From assembly GCA_963803975.1 (NCBI GenBank), contig CAWDOY010000054.1, positions 64,001-128,000 of the forward strand: DNA of 64,000 nt, read 5' to 3'. Made by a program: the position numbers and the translations under genes. The first letter of the stretch is position 1. Every line of letters begins with the position of its first letter. This document shows positions 1-9,874 of the stretch, in pieces. A model generated the notes under the pieces. The model was given only the letters and a program-made list of their open reading frames with translations, searched no databases and was not told where the DNA came from. Source of the DNA: an uncultured delta proteobacterium (GTDB lineage: Bacteria; Desulfobacterota; WTBG01; CAIYCZ01).

Positions 1-1450
1 CAAGAAACTGGGTGAGCATTTTCAGAACCTGACTGAACACCTGCATGGAGATTGGAAGTTCATGCGCGAATACCCATTGTCAAAGAAACTTATGGCTCTT
101 TCTCGTGTCTGGAAATCGCCCAACAGTGAAGACTATATTATCGCGGCTAAAGGTGCTCCTGAAGCTATTGTTGACCTCTGCCATTTGAGCGAGGCTGAAA
201 CACTAGAATTATCAAAACAGGTTGAACTTATGGCCGGTGATGGGTTAAGGGTGCTTGGCGTAGCCAAAGCGAATTTTAAACAAGTCTCACTTCCTGGTGA
301 CCAGCACGACTTCAAGTTTGATTTTCTTGGTCTTTTAGGATTTGCTGACCCGATACGTCCTACGGTTCCGGCGGCTATCCAGGAATGTTATAAAGCGGGT
401 ATCCGGGTAGTAATGATTACGGGTGACTATCCGGTTACCGCACAACATATTGCGCGTCAGGTAGGTCTGAAACCATTGGACGAGGTTATCACCGGCGCCG
501 AATTGTACAACATGAGTGATGAAGAACTTAGAGAGCGTATCAAGACCGTAAATATATTCGCACGGGTAGTCCCAGAACAGAAACTTCGTCTGGTGAATGC
601 TTTTAAGGAAAATGGCGAGATTGTATCAATGACCGGGGATGGGGTAAACGATGCGCCGGCATTGAAATCAGCAAACATCGGGATTGCTATGGGCGGAAGA
701 GGTACCGATGTCGCCAGAGAGGCAGCAGCACTGGTATTGCTGGACGATGATTTTTCCTCCATTGTCAAAGCTATCCGGCTTGGCAGACGCATATTCGATA
801 ACCTGAGAAAAGCTATGGCTTATATATTAGCGGTCCATGTGCCCATTGCTGGCCTATCACTAATACCGGTGTTGTTTGGATGGCCTCTAGTGCTGCTGCC
901 GGTTCATGTGGTATTCCTTGAACTAATTATTGACCCAGCATGTTCAGTAGCGTTTGAAGCTGAGCCCGAAGAACCTAATGTTATGAACCGTCCACCGCGC
1001 AATCGTAAAGAACCACTCTTTAGTCGCAGAACTATAATCTTGAGCCTAATGCAAGGCGTTGCAGTTCTACTCGTTACGCTGGCCATTTACGGATTTACTT
1101 TGAATCAAGGGCGAGGTGAGATAGAGGCACGCAGTTTAGCTTTCACTACCCTGGTGATCGCAAATTTGGGGCTTATACTCTCTAATCGTTTCTGGTCAAA
1201 GAACGTATTAGCGAGTCTGCGTTATAAAAATACGGCATTATTTATAATAATAGCGGCCACTTTAGCTATCCTGACTCTGGTGATTTATGCGCCTTTCCTA
1301 CGCGAGTTGTTCCACTTTGGTATATTGCATCCCAATGACCTGGCGCTTTGTTTTGGAGCTGGGATTGTTTGTATTTTGTGGTTTGAAGCAGTCAAATATT
1401 TTAGCAGGCCGATTTTTTTTCAACCTAAAAAAACAGCATTAGAAAGTTGA
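1..1450 (+). CDS. Cation-transporting P-type ATPase (type II, Ca2+/Na+-like), 5' end outside window
   Basis: KGAPE, MITGD and TGDGVNDAPALK motifs plus C-terminal TM helices; frame is open back to the window edge. Confidence 0.92.
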   Translation, partial: KKLGEHFQNLTEHLHGDWKFMREYPLSKKLMALSRVWKSPNSEDYIIAAKGAPEAIVDLCHLSEAETLELSKQVELMAGDGLRVLGVAKANFKQVSLPGDQHDFKFDFLGLLGFADPIRPTVPAAIQECYKAGIRVVMITGDYPVTAQHIARQVGLKPLDEVITGAELYNMSDEELRERIKTVNIFARVVPEQKLRLVNAFKENGEIVSMTGDGVNDAPALKSANIGIAMGGRGTDVAREAAALVLLDDDFSSIVKAIRLGRRIFDNLRKAMAYILAVHVPIAGLSLIPVLFGWPLVLLPVHVVFLELIIDPACSVAFEAEPEEPNVMNRPPRNRKEPLFSRRTIILSLMQGVAVLLVTLAIYGFTLNQGRGEIEARSLAFTTLVIANLGLILSNRFWSKNVLASLRYKNTALFIIIAATLAILTLVIYAPFLRELFHFGILHPNDLALCFGAGIVCILWFEAVKYFSRPIFFQPKKTALES

Positions 1451-1488
1451 TTAATAATGCCGCTTTGTCCTTTCCGAGCTGCTGTTTT

Positions 1489-1534
1489 CAGTCCGGACAG
1501 ACTTTTTTTTATAAAAAATTATTCTGTCCGGCTG
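1489..1534. terminator. Inverted repeat after ATPase (terminator or element end)
   Basis: cagtccggacaga...tctgtccggctg arms around an A/T loop. Confidence 0.45.
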
Positions 1535-1632
1535 TTGATTTAATATTTTTTTTATTGAGTAACACGATAAGGAATGCCTCATAGGGAGCGCCTGTGGTAT
1601 AGTGGCAGCACAACAGTTCAGGAGGAAACCCC

Positions 1633-1731
1633 ATGCGCGAATTCATAAAGCCCCAGAGAAATCAGCTGTCGATGCTGCAAACCGTAAATCTTAATTCCAT
1701 AGCACTGCCGGTGATCAGTAATTTTTTATAA
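1633..1731 (+). pseudogene. 32-aa stub resembling an IS1182-type transposase N-terminus
   Basis: Strong RBS (aggagg) then MREFIKPQRNQLSMLQTVNLNSIA; resemblance is from memory only. Confidence 0.35.
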
Positions 1732-2362
1732 ACGAGACATTCCTGCTGCTGAAAAGATAGACCGGGTATTTAATGCCTTCCAGCAGGTAGCAGCTGATAC
1801 CCATATCACTCTGCCACCAGTTGGATTCATTAAAAAAGTTGTTCGCGGCACCCATGGCCTCGACGCGGATGCCGGTTCCGGTAAACACTTTCTGGAAGGC
1901 ATACAGGGCGCGCCGGGTATGGTGGGCATCGGTTACGATGATGAGATGTTTAAAATGATTCTTTGTGCAGTACTCCCGCAGGTCATAGGCCTCGTCAAAC
2001 GTGGAGGTCACCCCTCCCGGTTTCAGGGACGGAAGATACACCGGCGATGCAGTGGCATGCAGGGCCTCGATGATTGACGGAGCAATCTGCCATTCATCTC
2101 CGCACACGTGCCGTAAAGCGGGATAATTCTGGCGCTGCTCAGTGAAAATAAGGCGCGGCGCATACCCCTGCTGATACAACTCAATCGCGCGCGGCAGGCG
2201 CGTCAGGATGCCCCCGGCGAGCACCACCAGAGCATCTGCTCCCCTGGTTCCGGTATTGACGGTAAAAAACTGCGCATAGCGGGTGAGCAGGAACGCGTGC
2301 TGAGATATCGCCCCCGTTATAACGAGGGCAAAAAGGGCGCATATGAGGAGAAGCTTTTTCAC
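1715..2362 (-). CDS. YdcF/DUF218 (ElyC/SanA-like) protein
   Basis: N-terminal TM, ADALVVLAGG, STFDEA, IIVTDAHHTRRA motifs; likely GTG start at VKKLLL. Confidence 0.85.
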   Translation of the reverse strand: MKKLLLICALFALVITGAISQHAFLLTRYAQFFTVNTGTRGADALVVLAGGILTRLPRAIELYQQGYAPRLIFTEQRQNYPALRHVCGDEWQIAPSIIEALHATASPVYLPSLKPGGVTSTFDEAYDLREYCTKNHFKHLIIVTDAHHTRRALYAFQKVFTGTGIRVEAMGAANNFFNESNWWQSDMGISCYLLEGIKYPVYLFSSRNVSFIKNY

Positions 2363-2608
2363 GATGGACCCCGCATCGGCACGTATGCAATGCAGTCGTG
2401 ATGATACCGCACGAAGAAGAGCACCCGTCAGCATAAAAACGCTGGCAGGAACTCCCCGGGATATTAAAAAACCCCTCTTGGCGGTATTGCAGAAGGGTTT
2501 CCCTGATGCCGGTTACAAAGTGAGTTTCCCGCACCAGTTATTTAAACATGGTATTATAAAGCTTCCCGCCTGCACGGCGGGGTTAGCGAGGCATGCAACC
2601 GGTCAGGG

Positions 2609-3058
2609 TCAATGAATCGTATCTTTGGGCTGCAGGGATTCAAATATTTCATCCACTTCATCAATCATCTTATCTGCAAGGCCGCGGCTGACCAGGATGG
2701 GTGCCTTCTGGCGTATCGCCACCGCGATGGCATCACTCGGCCGGGAATCGATCGCAGCCTCTTTGCCGTCATAGGCGAGGCTGATGATTGCATAAAAGGT
2801 GTTTTGCTTGAGGTCTGTTATGACCACCCGCGTTACCGTGGCATGCAATCCCTGAATAATATTGCCGATCAGATCATGGGTCATGGGACGCGGCGTCCAG
2901 CTCTCTTCAAGCCCCAGGGCGATGGCGTTTCCTTCAAAGTGTCCAACCCATATGAGCAGTATGCGCCCGGTTTCTTTGTCCTGTAACACCACCTTGTATT
3001 GCCCGGATTGCATATCAGGGGAAACGCGCTTTACCACCACTTCGATGAGATCATTCAT
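2609..3058 (-). CDS. Bifunctional nuclease family protein (DUF151)
   Basis: IWVGxFEGxAI, PRPMTHDL and IDSRPSDAIA motifs. Confidence 0.92.
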   Translation of the reverse strand: MNDLIEVVVKRVSPDMQSGQYKVVLQDKETGRILLIWVGHFEGNAIALGLEESWTPRPMTHDLIGNIIQGLHATVTRVVITDLKQNTFYAIISLAYDGKEAAIDSRPSDAIAVAIRQKAPILVSRGLADKMIDEVDEIFESLQPKDTIH

Positions 3059-3096
3059 ACCGCTATATTGTCACCTGCATGCCAGCGTCAACTGTT

Positions 3097-3927
3097 TTAG
3101 TGTTGATAGCTTGTCTTCGAATCATTGATAGTATCAACAAAAATTTTCACCATGCTCGGATCAAACTGGCTTCCTGCAGCTTTTCTAATCTCGCGCAAAG
3201 AATCATCCACTGACAGTGCCCTCCTGAAGGACAGGTCAGAGCGAAGGTAATCATAGGTGTCGGCAACGGCAATGATGCGGGCGTTTAAATCAATGGTGTC
3301 GCCGGCAATACCATCAGGATAGCCCTTGCCATCAAAGCGCTCATGGCATTGTCTGATACTGGCTGCAAGCGGCTGGAGGAATTCTATTTTGCCGACTATT
3401 TTCTCTCCAATCTCGGGATGCTTCTTAATCAGGAAATATTCCTGGTCGGTAAGCCGCCCCGGCTTCCCGAGGATGTTTTCGCTGATGCCGATTTTGCCTA
3501 CATCGTGCAGGAGTGAGGCAAGCCGCAGATCGCGCAGCTCAGATTCGCTCAGTTCCATCTGGACACCAACCTTACAGGACAAATCGGCGACCCGTGAAGA
3601 ATGGCCTGAGGAGATGATGTCCCGTTCATCCAGCGCCTTCATGAGCGCTTCAATGGTTGTCATGTACTGGCTGAGCAGGCGATTGTAGGCATTGGTGATT
3701 TCTTCCAGAGTGAGCTGCGGTTGCACGCTTTTTTCTTCAACAACAAAGCCCAGGTCCTGCAGATCAATCCTGCGGACCCGGTGATGGCCTCCGGGTGTCT
3801 TTAGTGCCTTGAGCTTGCCGGAATAGATGTAATTCTTGATCGTCTGGGTAGTTACCTTGATGAGATTGGCAGCCTCCCGGGTGTTTAGTACTTCCTTGCT
3901 TGCCATTTCTTTTATTCTTTTGACCAT
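3097..3927 (-). CDS. Excisionase/BldC-like HTH fused to HD-GYP domain
   Basis: LNTREAA...KTPGGHHR N-terminal HTH; LLHDVGKI and HERFDGKGYP in the C-terminal domain. Confidence 0.88.
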   Translation of the reverse strand: MVKRIKEMASKEVLNTREAANLIKVTTQTIKNYIYSGKLKALKTPGGHHRVRRIDLQDLGFVVEEKSVQPQLTLEEITNAYNRLLSQYMTTIEALMKALDERDIISSGHSSRVADLSCKVGVQMELSESELRDLRLASLLHDVGKIGISENILGKPGRLTDQEYFLIKKHPEIGEKIVGKIEFLQPLAASIRQCHERFDGKGYPDGIAGDTIDLNARIIAVADTYDYLRSDLSFRRALSVDDSLREIRKAAGSQFDPSMVKIFVDTINDSKTSYQH

Positions 3928-4034
3928 AATTCACCCCCTTTTCTTCAATACATTAAATAGCAGAATTCAAAAAAAAATTACCCTTGACTTTTTCCCTTCT
4001 TGGGGAAATCATGTTATTTATCCGTTTTTATATC

Positions 4035-4062
4035 ATTGTACCAACCTTTTTCAGTTTTGCAA
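4035..4062 (-). promoter_or_regulatory. Candidate sigma70 promoter of the HTH-HD-GYP operon
   Basis: TTGCAA-16 bp-TACAAT with TG extended -10 on the minus strand. Confidence 0.5.
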
Positions 4063-4127
4063 GTAAAATCTTTCTAAATACATAAAAATTTTTATAAAAA
4101 TAAAACAGAATGCCCCGCTGTTCTACA

Positions 4128-4259
4128 GAGACGGTGTCGTAATCTGAATTCTGCTAGCCGCAAGCTTCAGCTTGCGTTTGTTGTCACATGAAATTTCAAT
4201 ACATTACGCAGCCTGAAGGCTGCGGCTGCAACCCCATTTTTATATTGTGATACAGTCTC
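4128..4259. mobile_element. MITE-like element containing a REP pair
   Basis: Imperfect terminal IRs gagacggtgtcgtaat / attgtgatacagtctc; internal inverted palindromes at 4154-4176 and 4207-4229. Confidence 0.65.
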
Positions 4260-4438
4260 GGGGGGATGACATTTTTAGAGGTAGCCGTATGTATTAATAA
4301 CAAAAGTGGAACGGGGAGACGAGCATTAATTGATTATTCTGAGCCATGAGTTGCGTTAAACGGCATTGCCTCTATCAGTAGCTGGTGTTAGCAGGATGCT
4401 TCACAAAACCGGAAATAATTTATTTTGGGGAGGGCGTC

Positions 4439-5209
4439 ATGCAGCAGACAAAAACCGGTGAAACTATTTCATCTGTGCTGCTGGTACTGAGTGCTGTGCA
4501 ACTCTGGCTGATGTTCAGTTTTTCTGTTGCCAGCGCTTTGCCGGAGCAGAGCGATCCCTTTGCTGCGAAGAGGCACGTGATGATCGAGAGGGATATTAAG
4601 GGGCGTAATATCACAGATCCTGCGGTGCTGAAGGCTATGGAAAAAATACCGCGGCATCTTTTTGTTGATAAGCAGCTCCAGGACCAGGCGTATGAGGATT
4701 ATCCCCTGCCCATTGGCGCAGAGCAGACCATCTCGCAACCCTATATAGTAGCGCTCATGACCCAGAGCCTTGGATTAAGGAAAGAGGACAAAGTGCTGGA
4801 GATAGGCACCGGTTCCGGCTATCAGGCAGCAGTGCTTGCTGAGATTGTGCAGCAGGTATATTCTGTGGAAATCATTAAAACCCTGGCAGGCCGGGCAGAG
4901 GAGCTTTTGAAATCGATGGGATACCGCACCATAAAGATTAAGACCGGAGATGGCTATCAGGGGTGGAAGGAATATGCGCCCTATGATGCCATACTGGTGA
5001 CCTGCGCGGTTGGCAGCATTCCGCCGGCGCTGACAGCACAGCTCAAAGAGGGTGGCAGGATTATTCTGCCGCGGGGAGACACCAAGTTTGCGCAGCTCCT
5101 GGTGCTGGGAGTAAAAAAGAACGGAACCATAGAAGAGAAAAGTATCAGCACGGTGCGCTTTGTTCCCATGGTGGGTGAGGCACAGGGCACGGGCCGTTCT
5201 TCGCAATAG
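4439..5209 (+). CDS. pcm: Protein-L-isoaspartate O-methyltransferase with hydrophobic N-terminal extension
   Basis: PRHLFV, QTISQPYIVA, VLEIGTGSGYQAA, VRFVPM; start uncertain. Confidence 0.93.
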   Translation: MQQTKTGETISSVLLVLSAVQLWLMFSFSVASALPEQSDPFAAKRHVMIERDIKGRNITDPAVLKAMEKIPRHLFVDKQLQDQAYEDYPLPIGAEQTISQPYIVALMTQSLGLRKEDKVLEIGTGSGYQAAVLAEIVQQVYSVEIIKTLAGRAEELLKSMGYRTIKIKTGDGYQGWKEYAPYDAILVTCAVGSIPPALTAQLKEGGRIILPRGDTKFAQLLVLGVKKNGTIEEKSISTVRFVPMVGEAQGTGRSSQ

Positions 5210-5229
5210 CCGCTTGCAGCGCACGAACA

Positions 5230-7233
5230 TTATTGCCCGGCAGCGTCCAGGTAATAGGGCATAGGCATGGTGCCTTCCTTGAAGCACTCGAAGATAGTTG
5301 CTTCCGAGGCACTTTGCGGAGCGAATCCTGTTGCAGGATTTATTTTTGCAAAGACCACGCCTTCCGGCACCTCAAACAGCTTGACCGGAATATCCTTTAC
5401 CACCTGCTGCATGAAGTTAAGCCAGATGGGAGCTGCTACCACGCCTCCTGTTTCACGTTTCCCCAGTGAAGCGTTATCATCATAACCAACCCAGGCCCCT
5501 GTTACCAGCTGCGGCGTGAACCCGATAAACCAGGCATCCCGGAAATCATTGGTCGTCCCGGTTTTGCCCGCGCACGGGCGGTTGAGCGCGGAAACCTTTT
5601 TCCCGGTCCCCTCTTCAACAACGCTCTGCAGGAGGCTGGTCATCAGGTACGCAGTCTGTGGATTAAGAGCCTGATAGAGCTGCGGAGAGTTTTCCTCAAC
5701 CAGGGTGCCGTCACGGTCCAGAATTCTGGTGATGGCAAGGGGCTCCACCCGGACACCGTGGGCGCAAAACACCGCATATGCCTGCACCATCTGCAGCAGC
5801 GTAAGATTAGGTGTTCCCAGCGCCAGGGTGAGGTCCTTATTGAGCGGCGTATCAATCCCAAACTGCCGCGCGTACTTGACGGCATAATTGATGCCGATAT
5901 CCTGCAGTATTTTTATGGTCGCCACATTGCGCGAGAGGGTAAGCGCTTTCCGCAGCGTTATGGGGCCCAAATACTTCTCATCATAATTTTGCGGCTCCCA
6001 CAGTTTGTTCCTGCCCATTTTAAACGCAATGGGAGCATCTACGATAATGCTGGCCGGGGTGTAGCCCTTATCCAGGGCAGCAGCATAAATGACCGGCTTA
6101 AAAGCAGACCCGGGCTGCCGCTGCGCCTGGACTGCCCGGTTAAACTGGGTGTTGGAGAAATCCCGTCCACCAATCATGGCCCGGATGTAGCCTGAATAGG
6201 GGTCCATGCAGACCAGTGCCGCCTCAACCCTTTTTTTATCCAGGGACGCCTTCTTGTGCCTTTTCTCGTATTCTTCCAGCCCGTAACGGATGGCTTCCTG
6301 GGCAGCCTGTTCCATGGCGATACTGAGCGTTGTCTCAATGCGCAACCCGGCTTCATAGAGCGCCTGTGCTCCATATTTTTTCTCCACTGCCTGCCGGATA
6401 TATTCAGTAAAATAGGGAGACCGGGTTGCGTTGATGTTTTCCAGCTGCTTGAAACCGAGGGGCTCTTTTTCAGCTGCCTGTTTTTCGTCAGCAGTGATGT
6501 AGCGCTGCTCCAGCATCCGCTCCAGCACATAGCTCTGGCGCTGCCGGGCGCGCTCCAGATAGCGAAGCGGTGCATAATAACTGGGGGCTTTTGGCAGCCC
6601 TGCCAGGAGCGCGGCCTCAGCCAGGGTCAGGGCGGCTGCCGATTTTCCGAAGTAGGAGCGCGCGGCTGCCTCAACACCATAGGCCCCCTGGCCAAAGTAG
6701 ATCTGATTAATATACAGGGTAAGAATATCATTCTTGGTGAGAGAGGTTTCAATGCGCCGTGCCAGAATCGCCTCTTTTATCTTCCGGGCATAGCTTTTTT
6801 CAGGCGTGAGGAGCAGCGATTTGGTGATCTGCTGGGTGATGGTGCTGCCGCCCTGTTTTATCTCTCCGGACAGCAGATTGATGAGCGCGGCGCGCAGAAT
6901 ACTCTCGTAATTGATGCCCTTGTGTTCAAAAAACTGGGCATCTTCTGCAGCTATAATGGCCTTGATGAATACCGGAGCGACCGCAGGGAGTTTCACCATG
7001 TAGCGCCGCTCCGTGCAGAACTCGCCGATCAGCTCGCCAGTGCCGGCGTAGACTTCAGTGACCAGCGGCGGCCGGTAATCATTTAACGAATAGAGACGGG
7101 GCAGATTATAGCTGAAATAGTTGTAGAGAATGACGCACGCGGATACCGCCAGTATCAACAGGCTCAAGGGGAGCACGACCAGAAAGGAGAGCATTAATCC
7201 CGGAGGCTTCTTTTTTCGCTGCAATAATTCCAT
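5230..7233 (-). CDS. mrcA: Penicillin-binding protein 1A
   Basis: AAEDxxF and GGSTITQQ (transglycosylase); GSAFKP, SRN, KTGT (transpeptidase). Confidence 0.93.
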   Translation of the reverse strand: MELLQRKKKPPGLMLSFLVVLPLSLLILAVSACVILYNYFSYNLPRLYSLNDYRPPLVTEVYAGTGELIGEFCTERRYMVKLPAVAPVFIKAIIAAEDAQFFEHKGINYESILRAALINLLSGEIKQGGSTITQQITKSLLLTPEKSYARKIKEAILARRIETSLTKNDILTLYINQIYFGQGAYGVEAAARSYFGKSAAALTLAEAALLAGLPKAPSYYAPLRYLERARQRQSYVLERMLEQRYITADEKQAAEKEPLGFKQLENINATRSPYFTEYIRQAVEKKYGAQALYEAGLRIETTLSIAMEQAAQEAIRYGLEEYEKRHKKASLDKKRVEAALVCMDPYSGYIRAMIGGRDFSNTQFNRAVQAQRQPGSAFKPVIYAAALDKGYTPASIIVDAPIAFKMGRNKLWEPQNYDEKYLGPITLRKALTLSRNVATIKILQDIGINYAVKYARQFGIDTPLNKDLTLALGTPNLTLLQMVQAYAVFCAHGVRVEPLAITRILDRDGTLVEENSPQLYQALNPQTAYLMTSLLQSVVEEGTGKKVSALNRPCAGKTGTTNDFRDAWFIGFTPQLVTGAWVGYDDNASLGKRETGGVVAAPIWLNFMQQVVKDIPVKLFEVPEGVVFAKINPATGFAPQSASEATIFECFKEGTMPMPYYLDAAGQ

Positions 7234-7249
7234 TGATGCCTTGTGCCTG

Positions 7250-7624
7250 TCAGAAAAGATTGAGTTCAAAAGCGTTTTGAATAAGCTCGACCGTGTGTCC
7301 GGCAGGTAACAGGTTCACTGCTACCACATCAAAGCGGGCAGGTTTATTTTCCAGCCGGTACCGCTGGATAAACTCCAGTGCAACTTTACAGATCTGCCCC
7401 TGCTTTCTCACGGTGACTGCCTCCTGTGGTGTTCCGTGTGATTGGGAACTCCTGGTTTTTACCTCAATGAAGGTGAGGACCTGGCCCGGGTCGCGGGCGA
7501 TAATATCTATTTCCCCATAGCGGCAGCGGTAATTTTTCGCCAGTACGGTAAAACGGCTCTTTTTGAGAAATGCCAGGGCAAGTTCTTCCCCCCGCGCTCC
7601 CAGATGTTTCCTGTGGTCAGTCAT
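7250..7624 (-). CDS. yraN: YraN (UPF0102) nuclease-fold protein
   Basis: GxRGEELA, GEIDII, FIEVKTR, RFDVV. Confidence 0.92.
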   Translation of the reverse strand: MTDHRKHLGARGEELALAFLKKSRFTVLAKNYRCRYGEIDIIARDPGQVLTFIEVKTRSSQSHGTPQEAVTVRKQGQICKVALEFIQRYRLENKPARFDVVAVNLLPAGHTVELIQNAFELNLF

Positions 7625-8261
7625 GGCAGGCCGAGGTTAAGAAGGTTTGTCCGTGCATAAAGCTTTGTCTATGAATAGGAGAAGGCCCGCAGGAAGCCAG
7701 CGCGCGGAAATGCTCTCTGGTACCATACCCCTTGTTGCGGGCAAAATTGTACTGGGGGTATTGTTCATGGTACTGCTTCATCATGGTATCTCTGGTGACC
7801 TTAGCCATAATAGAGGCTGCTGCCGTGGCGAGGCTGCGCTGGTCGCCTTTTATAAGGGGGGTCTGGGGGATTACCGTAGCTATCGGGTAGATACCGTCAA
7901 TTAAGAGATAATCAGGGGTGAGCGGCAGTGCTTCTACGGCACCCAGCATTGCCTTGAGACTTGCCTGAAGAATGTTTATCCGGTCAATCTCGCGGTGATC
8001 AACTGCCGCCCAGCTCCAGGCAAGAGCCGCCTGACTGATAACAGCATAGAGCTGCTCGCGCTTTTTCTCGGTAAGCTGTTTTGAGTCCCGTATCGCGGGG
8101 TGCGTCCAGCTGCAGGGGAAAATTACCGCGCCGGCCACTACCGGACCGGCGAGCGGACCTCTGCCAACCTCATCAACTCCTGCAATATACACATATCCCC
8201 GTTCAGACAGGATTTTTTCCGGACAGGGGGAATCCTTGAGCAGTGAGGACAGAGACGTCAT
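7617..8261 (-). CDS. rnhB: Ribonuclease HII
   Basis: GVDEVGRGPLAGPV, DSKQL, AASIMAKVTRD. Confidence 0.95.
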   Translation of the reverse strand: MTSLSSLLKDSPCPEKILSERGYVYIAGVDEVGRGPLAGPVVAGAVIFPCSWTHPAIRDSKQLTEKKREQLYAVISQAALAWSWAAVDHREIDRINILQASLKAMLGAVEALPLTPDYLLIDGIYPIATVIPQTPLIKGDQRSLATAAASIMAKVTRDTMMKQYHEQYPQYNFARNKGYGTREHFRALASCGPSPIHRQSFMHGQTFLTSACHD

Positions 8262-8302
8262 GTGCTCGCGTGAGGGTTATTGCACCGTATGGCGGTCAGT
8301 GG

Positions 8303-8650
8303 TTATTGAAACTTTTTTTCTTTTATGCGGGCCGCTTTACCCTTTAAATTTCTCAGATAGTAGAGACGTGCCCTGCGCACCCTGCCCCGTTGTACAATCT
8401 CAACCCGGTCAATCGTGGGAGAATGAAGGGGAAAGATTCTTTCTACGCCAACGCCATAGGATATCTTTCTGACCGTAAAACTTGAACGCAGGCTGCACTG
8501 TCTTTTGCTGATAACCACCCCCTGGAATGCTTGGATCCTCTCCTTGTCCCCTTCTTTGATCTTGACATGAACTTTGACCGTATCTCCGGGACGGAAGGGG
8601 AGGATATCGGTGCGCATTTGCTCTTTTTCCAGGCGTTCAATGTAATTCAT
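8303..8650 (-). CDS. rplS: 50S ribosomal protein L19
   Basis: [28 protein letters not shown]. Confidence 0.97.
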   Translation of the reverse strand: MNYIERLEKEQMRTDILPFRPGDTVKVHVKIKEGDKERIQAFQGVVISKRQCSLRSSFTVRKISYGVGVERIFPLHSPTIDRVEIVQRGRVRRARLYYLRNLKGKAARIKEKKFQ

Positions 8651-9395
8651 TTTTACTCATCTCCATTGTGTTATCGGGCGTTACTTCCTGCAATACCTTT
8701 TTGTCTTCTTCAGTTAACGAAGCCTGCCGCAAGAGATCGGGTCTCTTGTGCCGGGTTTTTTTGAGCGCTTCGGCTCTTCTCCACCGGTATATCTTCTGAT
8801 GGTCTCCGCCCAGGAGCACCGGCGGCACTTCAAGGCCGCGAAAGCTGCGCGGCTTGGTATATTGCGGATATTTCAAGAGCGAGCCGGAAAACGTATCTTC
8901 CACCACCGAGGTCGGCTCTCCCACGACCCCCGGCACCAGCCGGGAAACAGCATCTATAATAACCAGGGAGGCGAGCTCTCCGCCGGTGAGAATATAATCA
9001 CCTATTGAGAGTTCTTCGTCAATAAAAAACTGGATCCGCTCATCCACGCCTTCATATCTTCCGCAGACAAGGATCAGATGAGCACAGGCGCTGAGTCTCT
9101 CGGCTGCCCCCTGGGAAAACATGGCGCCCTGGGGAGACATGAGAATCACCCGGGTCTGTCCCGGACGTTTAAGCTGCTCAATGCTCTTTACTATGGGCTC
9201 AACCTTCATCACCATCCCGGCGCCACCGCCGTACGGAGTATCATCCGTGACGTGGTGCTTGTCGTCGGTGTGGTCCCGGAGCTGGTGAATGCCGATCTTG
9301 ATCAGCCCGTTCTGTTGCGCCCGTTTGAGAATACTTTCCCCCAGAGGGGAAATAAACATCTGGGGGAAGAGGGTAATTACATCAAAATGAATCAT
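8637..9395 (-). CDS. trmD: tRNA (guanine37-N1)-methyltransferase
   Basis: [34 protein letters not shown]. Confidence 0.97.
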   Translation of the reverse strand: MIHFDVITLFPQMFISPLGESILKRAQQNGLIKIGIHQLRDHTDDKHHVTDDTPYGGGAGMVMKVEPIVKSIEQLKRPGQTRVILMSPQGAMFSQGAAERLSACAHLILVCGRYEGVDERIQFFIDEELSIGDYILTGGELASLVIIDAVSRLVPGVVGEPTSVVEDTFSGSLLKYPQYTKPRSFRGLEVPPVLLGGDHQKIYRWRRAEALKKTRHKRPDLLRQASLTEEDKKVLQEVTPDNTMEMSKNELH

Positions 9396-9573
9396 GTGCG
9401 AAAGGCCCGGTTGTTAAACAGCGGGGATACCAGCTCACAGAAACATATGCTTGATCAGCACTGCAGAGCTTAGTAAAGGACCTTTCAGGAAATCATCCTG
9501 TCTGGATGCACGGTACAGGCAATTGTTATGCTACCAAGTGATGCGAGGCACCGGGAGCCTCACTTGAGGCTCT

Positions 9574-9804
9574 CTATTCAATAATCTCCAGTACCGCTCT
9601 CTTGCCGAGCTTTGCTGATGCAGCGGAAAGAATAGTCCTGATTGACTGGGCGGTTTTGCCGTGTTTTCCAATAATCTTCCCCAGGTCGCCTTTTGCCACT
9701 CTCAGTTCAATTACCGACGTCTGCTCTCCCTCAACTTCATTCACCGATACCTCATCCGGATTGTCCACAAGTGCCTTTGCAATGTATTTTACTAATTCTT
9801 TCAT
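9574..9804 (-). CDS. khpA: KH-domain RNA-binding protein KhpA
   Basis: 76 aa, [10 protein letters not shown], located after rpsP. Confidence 0.93.
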   Translation of the reverse strand: MKELVKYIAKALVDNPDEVSVNEVEGEQTSVIELRVAKGDLGKIIGKHGKTAQSIRTILSAASAKLGKRAVLEIIE

Positions 9805-9874
9805 GGTACCTCCGCTGTTATACGTTGCTGCAATGCCTGATTACAGAAACACCTGTATTAGTAATGCAAGGCGG

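Noticed and set aside
3930..4110. c-di-GMP riboswitch upstream of the HD-GYP gene
   Set aside because: AT-rich sequence without GEMM stems or tetraloop-receptor motifs
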